NCBI GenBank assembly: GCA_937982115.1
Contig: CALJNE010000002.1
Coordinates: 3,612 to 67,611, forward strand
Source: an uncultured Bacteroidales bacterium
GTDB lineage: Bacteria > Bacteroidota > Bacteroidia > Bacteroidales > ML635J-15
Reading direction: 5' to 3'
DNA: 64,000 nt
A model generated the notes under the pieces. It was not told the origin of the DNA and searched no databases. It saw nothing but the letters and a program-made list of their open reading frames with translations. The translations under genes and the position numbers were made by a program. Positions 58,157 through 64,000 of the stretch are shown piece after piece; position 1 is the stretch's first letter; every line of letters begins with the position of its first letter.

Positions 58157-60286
58157 CTATTGAACTTCTTTCAAACTAAGTTGTATTCTCTTTCTTTCTA
58201 TATCTATTGATAAAACTTTCACTCTAACATGCTGATGTAACTTCAATACCTCTGAAGGATTGGAAATAAATTGTTCTGTAATCTGGGAAATATGGATTAA
58301 CCCGTTTTCCTTTATTCCAATATCAACAAATGCTCCAAAGTTTGTAATATTAGTAATAATCCCGGGCAGAATCATACCTTCTTTCAAGTCTTCAATTTTA
58401 TAGATACTTTTATCAAACTCTAAAACTTTAACTTGTTTTCGCGGATCTCTTCCGGGCTTTTCCAATTCAGCGACAATATCTTGCAATGTTGGTAATCCAA
58501 AATTCTCGTCAATATAATCCTGAAGATTTATTTTAGAAATTAGTTCCTTGTTACTTATCAACTCATTGATTTTAACACCGAGATTTTTGGCAATCTTTTC
58601 AACAACTCCGTAAGCTTCGGGATGCACAGCACTGTTATCAAGCGGATTATCACTTTCGGGAATCCGTAAAAATCCAGCACATTGTTCATAGGCTTTTGCT
58701 CCTAACCTTGGAACTTTAAGCAATTCTTTCCTTGATTTAAAATAACCGTTAGCCTTGCGATATTCTACTATATTTTGTGCAAGCACAGGACCTAACCCCG
58801 ATACGTAAGTTAATAAATGTTTGCTCGCGGTATTCAGGTTAACTCCAACCGTATTTACACATGATTCTACCACACGGTCAAGGCTTTCTTTCAACATTTT
58901 TTGGTCAACATCATGTTGATATTGTCCCACTCCTATTGATTTCGGATCAATCTTTACCAATTCAGCCAATGGGTCCATTAAACGTCTGGCAATAGAAACA
59001 GCTCCGCGAACAGTAACATCATATTGCGGAAATTCTTCTCTTGCAATTGAAGAAGCTGAATAAACAGAGGCTCCGTCTTCGCTTACAACATAAACTTTAA
59101 CTTCCCTATCGAAATGAATTTTCTTAATAAAATACTCTGTTTCTCTACTTGCAGTGCCATTACCAATAGCAATAGCCTCGATTTTATAGGTACTGACAAG
59201 TGTAGATATTTTTTTTGCAGCTAAAGCAACTTCTTCCTGAGGTTTATGCGGATAAATTGTTTCGTTATGAAGAAGATTTCCCGTTTCGTCAAGACAAACA
59301 ACTTTACATCCTGTTCTGTAGCCAGGGTCAATGCCCATTACTCGTTTTTTGCACAGAGGAGGTTCCAGTAAAAGCTGTCTTAGATTTGATGCGAACACTT
59401 CAATTGCTTGTATATCAGCCTTTAGTTTAGCTTCATTAAAAAATTCATTTTCGATTGATGGTTTTAACAATCTGTCATAAGCATCTTCAACAGCTTCTGC
59501 AACAATTAAAGAGGACTGTTCCTTACCCTTAATAAAAAGATAATTTAATGATTTTAGTGCTAAATTTCTATCGGGTGAAATATCTACACGTAATAAAGAT
59601 TCCCTATTAGCACGCATAATTGCCAAAATTCTATGCGAAGGACAATTATCGAGTTTTTGGGAAAATTCAAAGTAATCTTTATATTTTTCGGCTTCGGCTT
59701 CTTTAGACTTTATAAGTCTGGATGAAATAACAGCTGTTTGCGAAAAAATTTTTCTAATTCTTTCCCTTGCCTGTTTATCTTCACTAACAGTTTCGGCAAT
59801 AATATCTTTTGCTCCCTGTATTGCTTCATCAATATTCTTAACCTGTTCGTTAACAAAGGATTCTGCAAATTTATAAACATCAAACTTCGGGGCTTGTTTC
59901 ATGATTGCTTCGGCAAGCGGTTCTAAGCCTTTTTCGCGTGCGACCGAAGCTCTTGTTTTACGTTTTGGTTTATATGGCAGATATAAATCTTCAATTTCAT
60001 TTACATCCCAGGTGGAATTTATTTGTTGTATAAATTCTTCGGTGAGCTTACCTTGTTTTTCTACCGAGCTTATAATACTTAATTTTCTTTCTTTAATCTC
60101 GACAAATCTTTCATACTCTTTTTTGATGGTTTCAATCTGAGTTTCGTCAAGCCCGCCGGTTTTTTCTTTACGATAACGACTAATAAACGGAATTGTTGCT
60201 CCATCATTTAGAAGTGCTACAGTGGCAGAAACATTTTTATAACTGATGCCCGTAGTTCTTACAACCAATTCCAATAACTCAGTCAT
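58157..60286 (-). CDS. tex: Tex-like transcription accessory protein (S1 RNA-binding domain)
   Basis: ATIPFISRYRKE N-terminus, YqgF-like core (MGIDPGYRTGCK), HhH region, C-terminal S1 domain (GIITNITNFGAFVDIG). Confidence 0.9.
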   Translation of the reverse strand: MTELLELVVRTTGISYKNVSATVALLNDGATIPFISRYRKEKTGGLDETQIETIKKEYERFVEIKERKLSIISSVEKQGKLTEEFIQQINSTWDVNEIEDLYLPYKPKRKTRASVAREKGLEPLAEAIMKQAPKFDVYKFAESFVNEQVKNIDEAIQGAKDIIAETVSEDKQARERIRKIFSQTAVISSRLIKSKEAEAEKYKDYFEFSQKLDNCPSHRILAIMRANRESLLRVDISPDRNLALKSLNYLFIKGKEQSSLIVAEAVEDAYDRLLKPSIENEFFNEAKLKADIQAIEVFASNLRQLLLEPPLCKKRVMGIDPGYRTGCKVVCLDETGNLLHNETIYPHKPQEEVALAAKKISTLVSTYKIEAIAIGNGTASRETEYFIKKIHFDREVKVYVVSEDGASVYSASSIAREEFPQYDVTVRGAVSIARRLMDPLAELVKIDPKSIGVGQYQHDVDQKMLKESLDRVVESCVNTVGVNLNTASKHLLTYVSGLGPVLAQNIVEYRKANGYFKSRKELLKVPRLGAKAYEQCAGFLRIPESDNPLDNSAVHPEAYGVVEKIAKNLGVKINELISNKELISKINLQDYIDENFGLPTLQDIVAELEKPGRDPRKQVKVLEFDKSIYKIEDLKEGMILPGIITNITNFGAFVDIGIKENGLIHISQITEQFISNPSEVLKLHQHVRVKVLSIDIERKRIQLSLKEVQ

Positions 60287-60458
60287 TAATTTATTTTTTT
60301 TTGCAAAACTACTACTTTTTATAAATTTTAAGAAATTAAAACCTTATTATACAACATATTTTTGTGCATTTTTAATTAATAATAGTCAAGTAAAATTATG
60401 GAATTTATCATTTAGTTTATTCATCAATTGTTATAGGTAAAACTATAAAGAAAGTTTT

Positions 60459-60466
60459 TATTTTTG
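60459..60466 (+). promoter_or_regulatory. -7 box TAttTTTG for the 60487-64000 operon
   Basis: TATTTTTGCAG 21 nt upstream of the TTG start at 60487. Confidence 0.45.
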
Positions 60467-60486
60467 CAGAAATGAATTTTTAGAAT

Positions 60487-61224
60487 TTGAAACTTAGTAA
60501 AGAAAATATAAACGCAATTCTTGGAACAATTTTGTTTCATCTTATTATCGTTATCATTCTTTTGGTAAATAAGATTCAATCCTTAACAATTCACGAAGAA
60601 ACCTACATGATTATTGAGCCTGAATATATTGAGGAAATAACCAAAAAGCCTGTTGAAGAAAATATTCTTGGTGAAGATTTTAATATTCAAGACTACATTA
60701 ATGAGATTAGAAACGTATCCTCAAACAATCCTGTGCAATACCAAAAATTTGAAGCAAGGTCTGAAGAAGAGCTTAGAAAATATTATGAAACACAATTTTT
60801 AAATGAAAAATACGGAGATAATCCAGTAAGTTATCAAGACAAAAATCAGGAAAATCAAGATAAACAGGAAAACAAGGAAAACTCTAAAAATGATAAATCA
60901 AAAAATGATAATAATTCAGACAATTATCAAAATTATTCAGGTTCTGCACTGGTATTTGTAGAACTTGAAAATCCCAGGAGGGGCAAAATATATATTGAAG
61001 TGCCTGTGTTTACTTGCCGTCATGGCGGTAAAGTAGTTGTGGAAATTTTAATTGGTTCGGATGGCAGAGTTCGTTCTGCTAACCTTATTTCAGCAAATTC
61101 ATCAGGTGATGCTTCGTGCATTTCTGACGCTGCTTTAAGAGCTGCAAGAAATTCAAGATTTACAATGATTTCAGGAGGTAAAAACGAAAAAGGAAAAATA
61201 ACATATACTTTTATTGAACAATGA
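60487..61224 (+). CDS. TonB C-terminal-domain-like membrane-anchored protein
   Basis: TTG start, N-terminal TM anchor, N/K/Q/D-rich linker, C-terminal GGKVVVEILIGSDGRVRSANLIS...AALRAARNSRF resembling TonB_C/TolA-type domains. Confidence 0.5.
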   Translation: MKLSKENINAILGTILFHLIIVIILLVNKIQSLTIHEETYMIIEPEYIEEITKKPVEENILGEDFNIQDYINEIRNVSSNNPVQYQKFEARSEEELRKYYETQFLNEKYGDNPVSYQDKNQENQDKQENKENSKNDKSKNDNNSDNYQNYSGSALVFVELENPRRGKIYIEVPVFTCRHGGKVVVEILIGSDGRVRSANLISANSSGDASCISDAALRAARNSRFTMISGGKNEKGKITYTFIEQ

Positions 61225-61997
61225 AATACAATTTTAGAACAATCCAAACCGACAAGAATAATGAAATTAGATGGATTAAACTTAATAATCCATTGAAATA
61301 TAACAAGATAAGCAAATTATTTATAAATGAACTTGAAGTTATTTTCGACCATTGCATTGATGAAAAAGATTTAAAAGCAGTTATAATATATGGCGATGAT
61401 AAAGTTTTTTCGGCAGGCGGCGACTTAAAAGAAATAGCCGGAGCAGATTATAAAGAAGCTGAATTGATGTGTGCACGGGTTCAATCGGTTTTCAGAAAAT
61501 TACATTCCATACCGGTACCGGTTATTTGTTGTTTGAAAGGAATAGTTTTTGGAGGTGGACTTGAGCTTGCTCTGCATTGCGATATTAGATTTGCAGACAA
61601 AACTACAATGATAAAAATGCCTGAAACTGATTTAGGTCTTATTCCCGGTGCTGGAGGAATAACTTTACTTTCTAAATATTTAAGTCCGGCTGATACTTTT
61701 TATTTTTTATCAATAGGAAAAGAAATACCCTTAGAAAAAGCTATTTATGTAGGATTACTTCAAGAAATAATTGAAAATGAAGACGTCGTTAATTACGGTT
61801 TTGAATTTGCAGAAAAATTAGCTGTAAAACCACGAGAATCTTTAATTGCTTTAAAATCTGTTCTATATACAGCTTTATATAATGGCACATTTGCGGGTTT
61901 AGATGCTGAAATAAAAGAATTCAGCTCTGTGGTTCAACTTTGTGGTAAAAAAAAGATAGAAATGTTTTTTAACGATAAAAAAAATAAAAATGATTGA
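61221..61997 (+). CDS. Enoyl-CoA hydratase/isomerase (crotonase) family protein
   Basis: FSAGGDLKE, GGGLELALHCD and PETDLGLIPGAGG motifs. Its ATG overlaps the upstream stop. Confidence 0.8.
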   Translation: MKYNFRTIQTDKNNEIRWIKLNNPLKYNKISKLFINELEVIFDHCIDEKDLKAVIIYGDDKVFSAGGDLKEIAGADYKEAELMCARVQSVFRKLHSIPVPVICCLKGIVFGGGLELALHCDIRFADKTTMIKMPETDLGLIPGAGGITLLSKYLSPADTFYFLSIGKEIPLEKAIYVGLLQEIIENEDVVNYGFEFAEKLAVKPRESLIALKSVLYTALYNGTFAGLDAEIKEFSSVVQLCGKKKIEMFFNDKKNKND

Positions 61998-63840
61998 CAG
62001 CTATATCTTTACGGGAATACATTTTGTTACAGGACAATATAAAATCAGCAATTCAGAAATACAAAAAGCCATTGAATCCGGCATTTTAGAAGGATTCGAT
62101 AAAAATCGCATAAAAGAATCCGAAGAATTCAAATCACAATCAGCCTTAAACGAATTTGAATTTTTATGTAAAACACTGATGGGATTTGAATTTCGGTATC
62201 ACGTTGTGCCCTTTCCACCGGATTTTAATCACATGGAAGAAGCCGAAGACGTTATTTCGCTATGCGTTAAAGCCACAGAACAGGCCCTTGAGAAAGCCGG
62301 ACTTAAAGGAGACGACATTGATGCCTGGTATGCAAGCACTGCTACACAAGCTCACATCACTCCGGGTATTGCAGAATTTATAAAATCATATTTTACCGGC
62401 ATACACAATCAAAAACCAACATATTCATTAACTTCTGCTTGTGTAGGATTTAACATAAACCTTGAAAATGCAATAAATTATTTTAAAAACCATCCCGAAG
62501 CACAGCATATTTTAATAGCTCACGGCGAGGTAATGTCCTCATTGCTAACTAAAGAAAGAGATTTTGTTCCTTATGTTACTTTTGGGGATTCTGCAGCAGC
62601 GGTAGTTGTTTCGCGTATAAAAACAAAAAAACAATGTGGCGTTATTGCTATAACCAATCATGAAGATACAAGAATGATTGACTTTTTGGCTTCTGATTCA
62701 AAAGGAAATCTGATAATGAATCCACGAATGGTTAAAAACAGAGCCGTCCCAAATATTACAAAAGCTTTCAAAATTATTGAAGAAAAAAGTCAAATTGGAT
62801 TTACCGATGTTGATATTTTTATACCACATCAGACAGGAAATGCAATTGTGGACAGTGTTATAAAAAATTTGAATCTTGACCAGAATAAAGTTTTTAAAGA
62901 TATACAATTAAAATATAGTAATTTATCTGGAGCCTCAATTCCTGCTGCAATTTGCGAACTTGAAAATCAAGAAAAGCTATTGCCCGGCATGAAAGTTTTC
63001 ACTGCTGTGGCAGGACTTGGAGGAGAATTTGGTGGTTTTTCATATATAGTTCCGGAAGAAAAAATTAAGTTTGATTCAAAAAAAGAATTAGAAGGAAAAA
63101 CTATTCTAATTACAGGAGCTTCTGGTGGATTAGGTAAGGAAATAGCTTTGAGTGCTGCTGAAAATTCTTGCTCAAACATACTTCTTCAATATAATTCCGG
63201 CTTAGAGGAAGCTTTAAAAATAAAAGAAAAAATCGAAGCTGAATTTGGCTTATCTTGCTTAATATATAAAGCTGATTTATCAAATGAAAACGAAATCAAA
63301 AACTTTAAATCAAATGTTATAAATAACGTTAAATCAATTGATTACTTAATTTGCACACACGCCATTACAGGACCACTTGCAAAAGCCGGCGAAACTTCAA
63401 TTCAGGAATTTAAAAAAGTTATGGAGGTAAATTATCGGTCTGTTAAAAATACAGTTGAGATTTTTGCTGATTCAGTAAAAGAATGTGTATTAATTACAGG
63501 TTCGGTTGGTGAGGATGCTCAATTTCCCGGTTCAGCTCCTTATGTTGCTTCAAAAAGAGCATTAAGAGCCTTTGCAAGAGAATTTGCAAATAATTTATAC
63601 CAGCGAAATGTAAGGTGTATTTATTATCTGCCCGGTGTTATTGATTCGGGAATGGTAAACATTTTAAATGAACAGCAAATAAGTACTTCACTACAAACAA
63701 TAAGACAAAAAGAACTTACCCCGGTAAGAGATATAGCTCGCAGAATTTTACATTCTACATATAGACTCAATGTGCCTAATGTTCGCAGAACAATGGAATC
63801 GAAACTTATTGTTATAAAAGATTCGTATCAGAAATATTAG
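61990..63840 (+). CDS. Fusion protein: KASIII (FabH-like) condensing enzyme + short-chain dehydrogenase/reductase
   Basis: Residues 1-~355 carry C151 (TSACVGF), H280 (IPHQTGN) and N311 (YSNLSGASIP). Residues ~368-616 carry TGASGGLG, S505 and Y518-x3-K522. One uninterrupted ORF. Confidence 0.8.
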   Translation: MIDSYIFTGIHFVTGQYKISNSEIQKAIESGILEGFDKNRIKESEEFKSQSALNEFEFLCKTLMGFEFRYHVVPFPPDFNHMEEAEDVISLCVKATEQALEKAGLKGDDIDAWYASTATQAHITPGIAEFIKSYFTGIHNQKPTYSLTSACVGFNINLENAINYFKNHPEAQHILIAHGEVMSSLLTKERDFVPYVTFGDSAAAVVVSRIKTKKQCGVIAITNHEDTRMIDFLASDSKGNLIMNPRMVKNRAVPNITKAFKIIEEKSQIGFTDVDIFIPHQTGNAIVDSVIKNLNLDQNKVFKDIQLKYSNLSGASIPAAICELENQEKLLPGMKVFTAVAGLGGEFGGFSYIVPEEKIKFDSKKELEGKTILITGASGGLGKEIALSAAENSCSNILLQYNSGLEEALKIKEKIEAEFGLSCLIYKADLSNENEIKNFKSNVINNVKSIDYLICTHAITGPLAKAGETSIQEFKKVMEVNYRSVKNTVEIFADSVKECVLITGSVGEDAQFPGSAPYVASKRALRAFAREFANNLYQRNVRCIYYLPGVIDSGMVNILNEQQISTSLQTIRQKELTPVRDIARRILHSTYRLNVPNVRRTMESKLIVIKDSYQKY

Positions 63841-63871
63841 TTATCTAAAATACTATTTAAAACTATTTAGA

Positions 63872-64000
63872 ATGAAACATACAAATTACATATTCAGTGG
63901 CTTTGGTTATTCACATGGTAAATACAAAATTACAAATAAGGACATTCTAGATGCGATAAGAAAATCATTTCTGTCCGGTTTTAAAGAAGACAGAATCTCA
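63872..64000 (+). CDS. Second KASIII-like protein, N-terminal fragment (continues beyond window)
   Basis: MKHTNYIFSGFGYSHGKYKITNKDILDAIRKSFLSGFKEDRIS parallels the N-terminus of the fusion protein (IDSYIFTGIHFVTGQYKISNSEIQKAIESGILEGFDKNRI). Confidence 0.65.
   Translation, partial: MKHTNYIFSGFGYSHGKYKITNKDILDAIRKSFLSGFKEDRIS

Noticed and set aside
2333-62907. Nested and antisense ORFs of 60-125 aa in the track (for example 2333..2542, 4857..5168, 11968..12156, 13666..13854, 14406..14678, 21435..21689, 26163..26438, 30760..31038, 31595..31972, 34922..35236, 37542..37787, 42840..43088, 44920..45153, 45440..45676, 55974..56216, 59901..60140, 62698..62907)
   Set aside because: Each lies wholly inside a longer ORF with clear family motifs, on the opposite strand or in another frame. 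Their translations are low-complexity shadow frames typical of AT-rich genomes.

Overview
AT-rich chromosomal segment, most likely from a Bacteroidota bacterium. Support for that: recurrent TAnnTTTG -7 promoter boxes, PorV/PorQ-like and DUF1573 genes, a long-form NusB and hpt-adk synteny. It holds about 60 protein genes, nearly all housekeeping: ndk, pyrK-pyrD, gpmI, hutI, lpxB, surE, rnz, queE, typA, rimO, nusB, yajC, coaE, lysS, recJ, purE, hpt, adk, miaA, korAB and tex. There are three tRNAs: Asp-GTC, Arg-ACG and Phe-GAA. I see no CRISPR array, integrase, transposase or prophage, and no clearly novel multi-gene defence-type system. The items worth a second look are listed here. (1) Three tandem ~191-bp repeats downstream of tRNA-Asp, each carrying a tRNA-Asp 3'-end mimic with a 22-nt hairpin insertion and its own terminator hairpin. 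(2) An operon at the right edge, cut by the window end, with a TonB-like protein, a crotonase, a KASIII-SDR fusion and a second paralogous KASIII. (3) A 390-aa head-to-tail double adenylate kinase whose second half has lost key catalytic residues. (4) A small R-M cassette pairing an SPPY (N4-cytosine-type) beta-class methyltransferase with a 164-aa nuclease. The nuclease keeps what I recall as the HinP1I catalytic constellation but seems to lack the middle third. (5) An 880-bp AT-rich non-coding region full of TAnnTTTGTAA / TTACA-N2-TGTAA motifs next to an XRE-type regulator, plus an orphan promoter+terminator pair that suggests a ~85-nt sRNA. (6) Two (GTTA)n-like arrays abutting the stop codons of two genes, inverted relative to each other 16.6 kb apart. 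(7) An operon encoding an outer-membrane barrel with an N-terminal helix-hairpin-helix domain. All family assignments come from reading motifs by eye, with no database search.
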